From Octopus vulgaris (Eukaryota): 64,000 nucleotides of DNA. Shown piece after piece: positions 13,458-26,800 of the stretch. Both the position numbers and the translations under genes were made by a program. Within the stretch, counting starts at the first letter, position 1, and every line of letters starts with the position of its first letter. The DNA is taken from assembly GCA_951406725.2 (NCBI GenBank), contig OX597838.1, positions 42,036,001-42,100,000 on the forward strand, given 5' to 3'. The notes beneath the pieces were generated by a model. The model was not told the DNA's origin. It made no database searches and worked only from the letters and a program-made list of their open reading frames with translations.

Positions 13458-13587
13458 CTACTTACGTCTTCTCTTAAACATGACAACCATTACACAGAGT
13501 TTCGTATGGGGCGACAAATCAACAGGAATAGCTTTCACAGGGTAGAAAGCTTTACCTTTCATCGTCTGCGATTTCGGTCTCATCAAA
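13458..13587 (-). CDS. TRMT2A: TRMT2A-like copy A last (or penultimate) coding exon ([42 protein letters not shown])
   Basis: tttcttgttgcag acceptor. TAG at 13460-13458, overlapping a perfect gtaagt donor at 13465-13460. Confidence 0.9.
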
Positions 13588-16500
13588 CTGCAACAAGAAA
13601 ACAGAATCTCTCTGTATTAAGCTTGGGAAAAAAGGTAAAATTGGAAACTGAAGATTAACCTCCAATATTTCTGGCAGATTCTATGATTTCTAAAAACACC
13701 ACTGAAGACTTCATCTTCCAAACTCTACCATTTGTTGACGTCTGTTTCTTTTACTTAAAGTAAGCTCAACAAGTCCTTGGTCAGGTTGTTCCTTCCACTA
13801 AAGACAGACTGGGGAAGGAAGCATTTCAAAGTTGATCGTTTTGTGGTTGATAGGTTTGCTTCTCAACAACATGGCTTCAGGTTCAGTCCCACAGCACAGT
13901 ACCTTGGGCAAGAACCTTCTAATATAAACCTAGGGCCAATCAAAGATGTGTGTGTGTTTACATGTGCTTATATGGAAGTGTGGCAGTTGTTGTGGTTGTC
14001 AGTTTCTGCTGTCAACAAATTGATCACTCGAAAGACACAAAGGGCCTTTGAATCTGCATGAAATAAGAGATCCCTTATTTGAAGAACAGGTTAAAGGTTG
14101 GCACCAGGAAAGGCATCCAGCCGTAAAGCAATATTTCAAATAACCCATCCAAGCACGGAAAAATGGACAAACAAGTCTATTTATTACTTGGTCCAGCGAT
14201 TCAATCATTCAGAAAATGATCGGGGGGTGGGGGGAACAGAATTTTAAAAAGCAGAATAATAATAATAATAAAACGTATGAATAGAAGAACTAAGGCAGCT
14301 GAAAGAGTAGTAATGATGTAAATGCCCCAACATCTAACAAAAAAAACTTACTCAGTGAAATTCTGAATGGCAGCCACGGGGTTACACGAGATGTAGATCA
14401 CTCGATGGATGAAATGACAGCGGCGAAGGGCATATATCACTTTGCTTTCTGTAAAACAAACAGGAGAAACATCAACAATGTCAACAACAACAACTTACTG
14501 AATAGCTGCAGTTGCTTGTGAAGATTTAGGACAATATTCCAGAGTGATGTAGAGATCCAGCAAACTGGGATTAAATGTGCATTACGTTGATAAACACTAG
14601 GTTGTCAGTCGAATTAAGGGCTGCAATTAAGATTATAAGTTTTCATACCAATCCACCTCAGACCATCCTCCCTCATTCTACGATAAAAACTTCTTTCAAC
14701 CCTTCAGTATTCAGATTAAATGGAATTATAATTCTTATCTTTGTTGTTTTGAATTAATCAGGCATTATCTGGTTCCTTTGAGATTTTGATGATGTGATTG
14801 TATATTTTTTGAATGACATTGCAAGGTAAGTGTGAGAGACCCAATCTGGTTGGTTTGAACATAAAACGGAGAATATTTTGGGCTGGAATTGGCCAGTTTA
14901 AATGCGAAATTAAAATCTTCCATCAAAATTTCATTTTATGTTGGAAACATCAGCTTAATAATGGACGTAGGTTATTTTATAAAATTTTTCATTATTTTCA
15001 AAATTAAATGAAACTGAGTGTATTTGGAGAGAAATATGGCAGCAAAGGAGCTACCAATGGTTTTAGTGACATCAATACTTCCGCTCGCACTCAGGTCCTC
15101 TTCCTGAATATGTTGCATTGTACAACGTCCAGGAATAACAAACTGATTGCTGTGTGCAAGTGTTGATGGAAATTTAAACTGTAGGAGAGAGATTAATTAG
15201 AGCAGAGGATGAGACGGCATCATGCAGTGGCAGATTGTGCAGCATAACAATAAGGTTAGGGGTGAGAGGCTGCATCTGGCCAGCTTGAACCTAAAACAGA
15301 ATATTTGGGCCAGAAGTGATTGGTTTAAGAAACCCACAACCAGATAATCCAACATATCATTTTTTTTCTTTAAGATGGTAGGATGTGACTTGAAGAAGAT
15401 TCGGCTGTTATTTCTTGCAAGTCAAGCAACCAAATAGCAAAATTTAAAAAAAAAGAAAGAAAATTGAATACATTAACTTACGCATTTCAGCACAAGGTGA
15501 GTCGAGTACAGCTACTGCACTTTGACCTTTCAGCCACCGGTCTAACTGGTTGGTCACTTCCTCAGCCTTTGCATGGTGGAAGACAACATTAGTCACATCT
15601 AGAGAAGAGAATAACAGGTTGGAGTCATGAAAATCTGGATTTGTAGAAAGGGGCAGAAGCATCAGTTTAAACATTTGACAGTTGGCAGCCTTTCACACCC
15701 AAACCCCTTATTTTCTCTGCCCATGTTTACTATGTCCAAGTTAATTCTTGACAGAAAGGTTTTTCACCACTAATTAAAGACAGGAATGTAACACTGATGC
15801 CGGATCCATTGACTTGAAGAGTCCAATTCCAGCTGAAGGATAAACTTGCCATCAAAGTAAGGATTCTATCCACAGAGATTTCTTCCTCATTTACCTGAAA
15901 CCATGGAAACCAGAGATAAACACAGTCCAGTATGCACGTCTCTGGTCAGAACAGTGTAACACTGTGACATCAATACCATACAACACAAACTTGTAAGAAA
16001 GTTCAACTCATTACAGAGTTTGGAGCCAAATAATAGCTTAACGAACCCTTGGTAGCAACAGAAGAGACAACCTGGCTAAGAGTGGATTTGAACTTTTATA
16101 TCATCAAAAACTGTGAATTTATATTGAAGTACAAAGCAAACTGTGGAGCTGTTAATTGCAATAGGGAGTTTGTTGGCAGAGAGACATTTGGCAACGGTCA
16201 ACTCAAATTCTGGAGAATGGAGTTTGATGCTGTTTAAGTGGGTAGCTTTCTGCTCTCGCAACACAAAATAATGCCACATGAATCCACTGATCCCGTATTC
16301 CACCATTTAATACTCCATCCATTCAACACAACTCCTCCTGTCTTAAAGTGACCTTAAGAACAACAAAGTTATTTACTAAATTCTTTGTTTCTAAAATTCA
16401 CTGAATTAAAGAGTGTATTTCAACAGAAATACAGTGAGAAGAAGAAGGGAAATACCTACTCAAGAGCAATCGTTTCCCTTCATCAATACCTAATTCACAC

Positions 16501-18417
16501 TTTTCTATATAGAAATCAGCAACAACCTAGGACAGTGAGCAGTACAAAGGAATAAATTTATAGAGGAAGGCTGGGGCCAGGTAAATTGAGGGGGGGGGGG
16601 GAGGTCAAACAAAAATTTTATACAGTATTACTCTGGCACATAAGGGCTTTCAAACACCACCACCACCATCATATTTAATGTCCACTTTCCTGATGTAGCG
16701 TAATCGTTACCAGCACCGCTTCACCGGCACCTGTGTCGATGGCATGTGTAAAAGATTCGAGCAAGGTCGTTGCCAGTACTGACTGACTGGCCCCGTGCCG
16801 GTGGCACGTTAAAGCACCCACTACACTCTCAGAGTGGTTGGTGTTAGGAAGGGCATCCAGCTGTAGAAACTCTGACAGATCAAGATTGAAGCCTGGTGCA
16901 GCCATCTGGTTTGCCAGCCCTCAGTCAAATCGTCCAATCCATGCTAGCATGGAAAGCGGACGTTAAACGATGATAAAGTCTTTCCTGTTGCCAATGAAGT
17001 TCATATTTCTTCATAGCCAGACATGTTTTTGCAGAAGATTGGAAATGAATGATGTTCATTTGCAACAATGGTGTGATGTCGGGGACAAAGAAACCCTAAC
17101 ATACATAACACACACACACACACACACGATAGACATCTTTCAGTTTCCGTCAACCCAATCCACTAACTAGGCTTTGGCCAGCCCAGGGCTATATTAGAAG
17201 ACACTTGCCCAAGAAGTTACACATTGAGATTGAACCCAAAACCATCTGATTTGGGAAGCAAGCTTCTTGACCACACAACCACCCTTGCATCTATATCAAC
17301 ATACAAAAATAAACCAAAGAAATGATTGTATTTACTGTTTAATTCAGCATTCTTCTTTGCTTCCTCGATGTTGGCAGCCCACATATCAACAGCGACAACA
17401 CTTTTCACCCTCTGAAACAAACAGGAGAAGACAACGATACATGGAGGAGAAGAAGAGAAAATAGTAGACGAGGGTTGAGAAGGAGAATGACTAAGGTAGC
17501 AGGGAGGCAGGTGGTGGTGGTCAGTTGGTGAAATGGCCAGCTTGATCGAGGAAATGCTTGGTGGCATTTCTTGGATCTTTTTACATTCTGAAGTCAAATT
17601 CTGCTGAGGTCTACTTTGCCTTTCAGGGGTCAACAACATAAAAGTACCAGTTAAATACTGGGGTCATTTACCCTAAAGTTGCAGGCCTTGTGCCAGAATG
17701 TGAAACAATAGTAGAAAAAATCCTTGCAACCAGCAGCTTTTCTTCTGCCATTTCAATCCAACGGAAGCAAGTCAAAGAGTCTTTTTTTAATTAAATTAAT
17801 TACTCTTTTATCAAAATGATTTGATAATATTGTGTTCAACAGAAGGTGGGTGGGATGGTAGGTACCACAGAGCACAATGGTTGAATGTGCTGAAGCTTTT
17901 AATTTCAGGCCCCAAAATTCTGAGATCAAATCTAGTCAAAATTGACTTTGGAATATATTTTATCAGCTTTAATTCTTTAGAATTTAAACCCGCCATATTC
18001 GGCCCAAATATTTTACCTGTTTTGTGCTCAAGCCAGTTAGATCTGGCCCCTCACACCTACCCTACAATGTCATTCTAAAAATATACAATCACATCATCAT
18101 GGTCTCAAAGCTATGAGATTAATTCATGACAATGGGATTAAAGAAGCATTACATTGGACAGAATAAATTCGAATACCAAAGGATTAAATGAATGAAAGGC
18201 AGTTGTGGAATGTGGTTTGGTATTAATGAATCAACCTGGGTAGGTTACAGGGTAGATTTTAACAATGGAAACAGAACTAAGTTCGGTTGTTGGTTTTTAT
18301 GTGCATGTATGTATATTTGTGTGTATACGCAAGTGTATACAGTATATATGCCTATATATATATATATATGCATATATATATATACATATATATGTATGTA
18401 TGTATTTGTGTGTACAG

Positions 18418-18448
<31 letters not shown>

Positions 18449-18663
18449 AATATATGCAAGTAGACTAATGCCTTGATATGTGAGTTAATTTGTACCCGGA
18501 GACCGCTCGTATGAAAACATGTAAACACTTGTAAACCTGGGATCTCGTAAAGTGGGGTACTTGTAAAGTGAGGTATTACTGTATAAATATATATTTCTGG
18601 GTAGAAATGTATAAAGTATATGTGGGTGTATGTATAATTGTGTGTGTGTGTGTGTGCAAGTGC

Positions 18664-18695
<32 letters not shown>

Positions 18696-20739
18696 AAGCT
18701 GGAGAAAATGTGAAGCTGATTCACACAGACCAGCCAACAACAATGACAACAATGTGATTAGCTAACCTTGGCAAGACTCAGTGCCACAGTGCCGGTGCTG
18801 CAGCAGATATTAAAGACAATGTTATTTGGTTCTTCCAAGCATAGATCACCAACCATCGTGTAGAGGAGGGCTGCAGCAGGGTTGTTGACTAAAAGAAAAA
18901 AAAATTGCCATCACAATCATAATAAGTTTAACACATTTTTAAATACTGGTCAAAGGTTTAATTAAAATATAATGAACGTTCTTTAAACTATGTTGGTGAG
19001 GGTTAGAGGAGTCATTAGCCATTGTATTGCTATTCATTTCAAACTTTTTGTTAGATGCTTTCAACCTAACGTTTTAAGGCCTCGACCCAGTATTCCTCTG
19101 ATGTAATACAACCCATTTGAACCCATGACCTTGTGATATCAGTGATCACATTTGTATTCAATAATTATGAATGAGAGACATTCATGCATTATTTCTTTAA
19201 CAAAATCTCATCCTCTGAAAACAATGTCATCACTCTCTAGAAAAAAATTTAAGATGTTTGGATCATTTGAGAAAGTTTGGCACAGAAACATTTCCCATAT
19301 TTAGTTGCCACTGCCAAGTATTCAATTCGTAAACTACAAAGATATAAAGTCTACTTAAAGAACTCTCGGATTATTTCATCAACTTTTATCTCCGTTACAT
19401 ATAAAGCAGTCTTTTGCCTGTCTCCAAAATTCGACAACAGGTCCATGTCTCAACACACACACGTGACATGTACTTAACAAATTCCAACAACTAACAAAGC
19501 TTTGTCCTTAATATGTGACACATATCCCAACAGTGTGTGTGTGTGGGGGTGCACGTGGCTTACTGCTTCAGGCTCATGGTCTCAAGGTGGTGAGTTCGAT
19601 CCCTGATAGGGAATTGTATCCTTGGGCAAGACATTTTACTTCACGTTGCTCCAATCCACTCACAGCTGGCAATTCAAAAAGGGCCGGTCTTGTCACATTC
19701 AGTATGTCATACTGAATCTCCCTCAGAACTATGTTAGGGGTACACGTGTCTGTGGAGTACTCAGCCATTTGCATGTAAATTCCACGAGCAGGCTGTTCCA
19801 TTGATCAAAAACAACTGGAACACTCATTGTCATTATAACCAACAGAATGCTAATCATACAGCACCAACAACAACAACATGAATCCCCTCGTTAAGCCACC
19901 GACAAATCCAATTTAATTTATTTCATCCTTATGTAGTTTTTCAATGTTATTAAATTTACTGATCCCATATTGATCTTAATATCAACAAAGTAATTAAAGA
20001 ACTGCTGCATTCTTCAGGAAATCCTTTTCATATTTTTTTCTCTAATTCATTCGTTTGCCAGCTAACATCATTATCATTTAACGACTTCCTTCCATGCTGG
20101 CATGGATTGGATGGTCTTTTGATTTGGTGCAAGTCAGAAGACTACATCAAGTCCTACTCTCTGTTTTGACAGGGTTTTTACAGCTGGATGCCCTTCCCAA
20201 CACCAGCTACTTTGCACAGGGTGCTTTCTATGTGGCACCAACACTGGTGAGGTCTCCAAGTAACTTACAAGACAAAGATCCCTCAACTGAGAGGGCTTTT
20301 GGCCAGGAGATGAGAGGTTACACTATAACAGATGCACAGAAATAGGTGTGTTGCAGTAAGGAGGTTCATGGCTTCCCCAGGTGGTGAAGATGCAGCACAA
20401 CATGCACACAAGTTACAGGGAGGTGTTAAGTGAAGTGGAAAAAAGGATCGAATAGGGTGAGTGGGTGGGTCAGTTGCAAAAGGAAAGTGAGAGATAGAGG
20501 GGAAGGGGAGGATACAGTGAGTGGACACAGGTCACCTGACAAATCTCATCCATTCTCCTTGTTTTTTCTTTGTCGGAGAAGCAAACATGTGCAGCCCTGA
20601 ATAAGCTCAAGTTGCAATTGCATGGTTCTGGGTTCAATCCCCCAGTGCAGTACCTTGGGGGGAATGTCTTCTAGTATAACCTTGGACCAACCAATGCTGT
20701 GAATGAATTTGGGAGATGGAAACTGAGTACAAGTTCATA

Positions 20740-20804
<65 letters not shown>

Positions 20805-23800
20805 TGCATGTGCACGTGTGTGTTGTCTTTGTCCCCTCCACCACTTGACAGCCAGTGTTGGTTTATTTACATCCATGTGACTTAGCAGTTTGGCCAAAGA
20901 GATTGACAAAACAAGTACTGGACTTAATAACATAAGCAGAGGGGTCAGTTGCTTTTACTGAAACGGTTCATTGATCAGAGTCCAATGAGCAAAACAAGGA
21001 AGAACTCTGGTCAGACTGGAATTGGTGGAGAAGTAAAAACTTGCGTAGACACAAAAACCGGAGAGACTTACATGAGAAGAAAGTGTCAGGATAGATGTGG
21101 AAGCTGAGTTCTAGTAAGACTTCTGTGATACACTGAAACAGACACAAAAGAAAGGTCATTAAAATGGGACAGAGGTAATTGTAATTAAGAGAGAAGAGGA
21201 CTCCTCTTGCAAGAACACAAAACTTTAAATAATTAACCCATTCGTTACTATATTGCTATTGAAATACACTAGTTTTCTTTAAATTGATTTTGAAAATAAC
21301 GAAAAATTTAATAAAATAACTGTCATTATTAAGCTGGTGTTTGGAACTTAACATGAAATTTTGAAGAAAGGCATTTTGTACAGAGTCAAGGGCGGAAAAG
21401 ATTGAACATGGCAAAGGATGCATTCACCATTTTGTTGCCATATTTTAAGTAAAATTACATAATGTGTGATTCAGTTAATATGAAAGAAGCAATCTCTGGC
21501 AGGTTGATATCAAAAGAGTTTAACAGGGATAGGGGTTTATAGAACAGGGATAAATTAAAAGGAAAACTAATTGATGAATTTTATCAAAGCCAAATTTTCT
21601 TTTTCTTTCCACAGATCAATTTTTTAAATTGTACAAAAGATGGATCATACTAATTATTTAAAAAAATATATTTATGCTAAATAGATGTTTTTTCCTCGTT
21701 AATACTTTAATTGTTGTAGGTTAATTTTTTTTCTGTTTTCAATTTCTCAAGATTAGTTTTGTAAGGAAAATGACAAAAAATAATCATGGAAAGAAGTCAA
21801 TGTCTGAAGAAAACAAAAGAAACAAGCGATTATTACCTTCTTCCCCCATAAATGCTCATTGACAGCATGTTGTCTGCAGCTGCCAAGTCTGACAAAGGAG
21901 AGAAAAACGTTTAGAGATGAGAAGCAGAATAGTTCAAAGGTTTAAATTGGAGGTCAGGTTACATCCTCTCTCGTTTACTTCATACAAAAAAAACAAAAGG
22001 AAAGATTTAAAAAAATGAAAAGACAAAAATATAGAAGGTAAAATAGAATAAAACACTATAAAAGAAAAAAATTGCAGGGGAAAAAAAAGGGAGAATAGAA
22101 AGGAAACCACCAAAGTATTCCCCTAGATACAAGGTAAGAGTAAGCGAAAAGTAAGCCCTACCCATCGTACAGAAGTAAAACAAAATAAGGTGTGTGTATG
22201 GGGTGGTAGAAACACCTGCTTTGTTAACCCCAAAGCTGCAAGCAAGAATCATATTCAATAAGAACTTCTGAAGTAATACATTATTTCATAAGAGAGGATG
22301 AATTGTGTCAAGCGTTTTGAGATGCTGGAGCAAAGAGTCCTGTATAGATTAACCCTTTAGTATTTAAACCGGCCATATCCGGCCAAAATAGTTAATCTGT
22401 TTTATGTTCAAACTGACCAGATCCAGGCTCTCACACCTACCCTACAATGTTATTCTACATTAAGTAATTACACCATCAAGATTTTGAAGATATGAGATAA
22501 TGCATGATTAATTCAAATCAATAGGAATCAATAAGCATTATGTTTGATAGAATAATCAGAACACTAAAGGGTTAAACAATTTCCTTCCTGTATGCAAAGA
22601 AGTTCAGCTGAATTGGTTGAATACGAGACCAAAAGCCGAGGCTATTGAAAGCCTTGTGGCTTTTAGCCATCAAAGTATTCCCAATCCTAATGTCAAGAAC
22701 CTGTTTGTCTTTCTCAGTTCCCTATAATTAATTAAATTCTCTAATTTGAGAAGAATGCCAACCATTGTTGGGAGGTTGTATACTTAACCCAATAAGAAAC
22801 TATTTGTCTTTATTCACGATGAAATGTCTACAATCATATCAATTTGTGTGTACGTATCAATATACAGGTACCTGACTTACAAAACCAACTAAAAAACTGG
22901 AGTCAATTCATTCAACTAAAACCCTCCAACATGGCACCCCAATGACCAATAAAAGACATATATATATATACACACACACACACACATGACAGGCTTCTTT
23001 CAGTTTCGGACTACCAAATCCACTCACAAGGCTTTGGTCAATCCAAAGCTGTAGCAGAAGACACTTGCCCTAGGTGCCATGCAGTGGGATTGAACCCAGA
23101 ACCATGTGGTTGGGAGACAAGCTTCTTACTACACAGGCACTTCTGCGCATGCATGTATGGATGTAAACACACAAACACACTCACCTGTTACTCAAGCATC
23201 TGAAATAGAGGGATGTCACACCACACTGGACTCCATCACCATCAGAAAAATACTCTGTCATTGCAGCTTTCTCAGCATCCACTTCATCCTGCAAAGGAAA
23301 AACAGCAAAATCAACTCGAGTCACCTTTCTCCGTTCTAATTCTTCCTTCTTTTATGAGTTTCCAAGAATCTAAAGTTTCAATGAAAGATTTTTCTTCCAT
23401 TTATTTTTTTTTTTGCGAATGTGATATAAAACTAATAATAAATCTCTGAACGAGATGTAAACAGTAACCGCTCGACAACGTAAAGTATACTAGCCATATC
23501 AATATGGCTAACCACTAACACCCACCCTTAGTGGTTAGCCATATTGATATGGCTAGTATACTTTACGTTAATATAAAACTATTTTTTGATTTAATTCAGC
23601 AGAGAGGCAAAGCATCTGGTTCAAAGATGAAGGGAAAAGCCTCAAGGACCTTGACCACAGCACTCCCAGCATGAGCCTTATATATTATATATTAATATGT
23701 TCCTGATACCTATGGTGTGGGGGGGGGGGGAAGCAAGAGAGACAGGCAGAGAGAGAGAGAGAGAGAGCATCATCATTTGATATTCAGCTTTCCCTGCTTG

Positions 23801-26800
23801 CAGAGGTCAGGCAGAATTTGTTGAGGCAAATTTTTCTAGGACCTGTCACCAACCTTGTCCTATTTCCAAGCAAGGTAAATGGCCAGACAAGTTTTTACAC
23901 AGAAGATTGGAAATGAATGACATCCCTTGTATGATGGTGATGTTTATTTACAATCAGGATGTCATGTGGAGACAAAGGGGGTGCACACATACAAGCATCT
24001 AAACATGACAGGCTTCTTTCAGTTTCCGTCTACCAAATTATAGCTCACAAGGCTTTGGCTGGCCTAAGATGCCACACTGTAGGACTGAACCTGAAACCAC
24101 ACGGCTGGAGAGCAAGTTTCTTAACCATAAAGCCACACGTAAAAGACAAGGCAGAGAAAAAAAAAAGAGAAAAATACTTACGTCTGAGAGAAACTGAGCA
24201 TAAAAAACAGGAATGATCATGATATCGTTTTGGCTGGATGTGCGGACAATCAGCTGTCTCCAGTGACCATCATGTGACTGGTCATTATAGACATCGTACT
24301 GGCTCTGACGGACATACTGTTGGAATACTTTAGCAATGAGTTTCATGGAATCGGGGAGATTGTCACAGGCATACGGTTCGCCAACAACACTAGAACCATC
24401 ACGGTAACTGCCGACCCGAAAGCCAACTATTCTTTCTTTAGTGCCATTTGAGCTGCTAGCAATGGTGAATTCAGATTTATTGCGATAAGCATTCAAAACA
24501 GGTGAAGGCCTTATCTTTTCGATTTCACAAAGAACTCCAGAATGGTTCTTCATCTGTTCCTTGAGCCAATTCCTCCATTTTGGACATGTGCGGTGAACTT
24601 CCCAACTAAATTTCACCATGGCATCTCTGACATCAGAAGCTTTACGCTGAAAAAAATTACAAAAAAGAAAAACAAATAAACAAAAATAAAAGAAAAACCC
24701 TCTTTTTACTCTTTTACTAGTCTCAGTCATTTGACTGGCCATGCTGGAGCACCGCCTTTAGTCGAGTGAATCGACCCCAGGACTTATTTTGTAAGCCTAG
24801 TACTTATTTTATCAGTCTCTTTGGTCGAACTGCTAAGTTACGGGGGATGTAAACACACCAGCATGGGTTGCCAAGCGATGTTGGGGGGACAAACATATAC
24901 ATATATATATGATGGACTTCTTTCAGTTTCCGTCTACCAAATCCACTCACGAGGCTTTGGTCAGCCCAAGGCTATAGTAGAAGACACTTGCCCAAGGTGC
25001 CACGTAGTGAGACTGAACCCAGAGCCATGTGGTTGGTAATCAAGCTACTTACCACACAGCCACTCCTATGCCTATTAGCATTGTTTAATTATTCTTTCTT
25101 ATTTTTAATTATGTTTTATATTTTATCATGATTTTGTGAAGAATGACACCACTAGTCCCAAGTTTTTAATTGGACATTAATTGGTTGGTTCATTGAATTT
25201 CTGACAGCAGGAATGAGAAGGGAGTGTCTGTGCAACTCGGGAGAAGAAATACCACAAGGCATATTCTTATTCAAAGCAATTTTTTTCTTTAGTTTATCAA
25301 AGCTTATATCCTTTACCAAAGAATGTATACACACACACACACACACACACAATGTATATATACGTGTGTGTGTATGGGTTATAAAGTCAGACAAAATATT
25401 GCTGAGCATCTTGCCAGGTATGTTAATGGGTCTGCCAGCTCATTACCTTAATAACGATGATGATGATGAAGAAAGCAAGAACGATTTCCTACATTTGGAG
25501 GTAACAAATTTGTAGCAGCTGAGGGGAGGGGGCGGGAGTGGTCAACTTGTAATGGCGGGGGTAATCAATATTGATTGACTGTCATCAATAATAACAAAGA
25601 ATCAGAAGATGACTAATGCCAGGCTCAAAATTAGTAGAAAATGGTCCAGTCCTAAAAGGGGAGTGTTTCTCGACAACTTGCACAAGATTGTCACTTTACA
25701 TCTAACTCAACCAATGCCTCATGCTCCATAACTTGAGAGAAGCCCAGGATGGCACCCCAGGGCACATTCTCACCCTCCTCAACATTAGCCAACTTCATCT
25801 TCTCAAAATCTGGCAACAGTAATTCCATCCTTATATTGTTCCTGTAAGACATTCCAGCCTGGCCTTGCTGTAGGCCAGTTCAGGTAACCTATGCAAAGGG
25901 GAATGTTGCAATAACCAGTGCAAAAGTAAGAGGACTGACGTGGATAAAAGACATTAATACTAACACTACCAAAAAAATTTTGAAAAGAAACCAACATAGA
26001 TGTCATGGTTGGCAAGGCGAGAAAAAAAACAAAACAAAATATACAAAGCAAGTTCTACCTACCCTGAGCTGATCTTCATATGGTACATCACAAAATGGCA
26101 ATAAGGCTCGTTTAACCCTAAGAAAAATGGATAAATTAAAAAAAGGAATCATTAATCACAAAGTCAAATGTCCATTAGATAGATGAGTGGTTGCCAACCT
26201 GTGATCCAAGGACGCCTGGTGGTCTGCAAGCTAAATTCAAAATATCACACACACACAAACTAGAGTACACATGACCTGCTGGGTCACTGACAGTTCAGGT
26301 TATAAAAGACTGGAACTGATTGCTTTTGAAATGAAAGTTAATTTTATGAGGATTCACTTAAATAATTCAATTCGTTTGTGTCTTCTGCTTCACAAGTTCA
26401 TGTTTAAAGGTTTCATTGCTTATTTACAGCATCCAAAAGAAATGGAACTTCCAGGATAAACTTGAACCCCAGTGACAGCCTTTATTCAGGGCTTGTGTGC
26501 AGCACACTTGTACCAAAATGCAAAAGGAATTGCTATGCAACACAGACAGAAAATTAAGGGAACCGATTTTCCCATTTCAGGCTTATGTTACTCGGAGTAT
26601 TTTTCCATTATTAGATTACGATTATAAAGAAATTTGTGGAGAGAGGAGTTTCAGATCAGGAAGACCAAATAAGTTGCAACTAATCTGTTTCGACGGGGAT
26701 CCCTGCCCACAACATTTCTGTTTTTTAAATCAGCTGTTGAAATGATGTGGGCAGGGAACATCTTTTTATGAATAAGGAGTTTTTAAACTATCTTTTGTAC

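Noticed and set aside
24647-24742. ATG and N-terminus ([14 protein letters not shown]...) of the 234-aa ORF, suggesting an intronless retrogene
   Set aside because: This part is SINE tail plus polypyrimidine tract. Homology starts at the AG acceptor (24646), and the flanking exons remain intron-separated.
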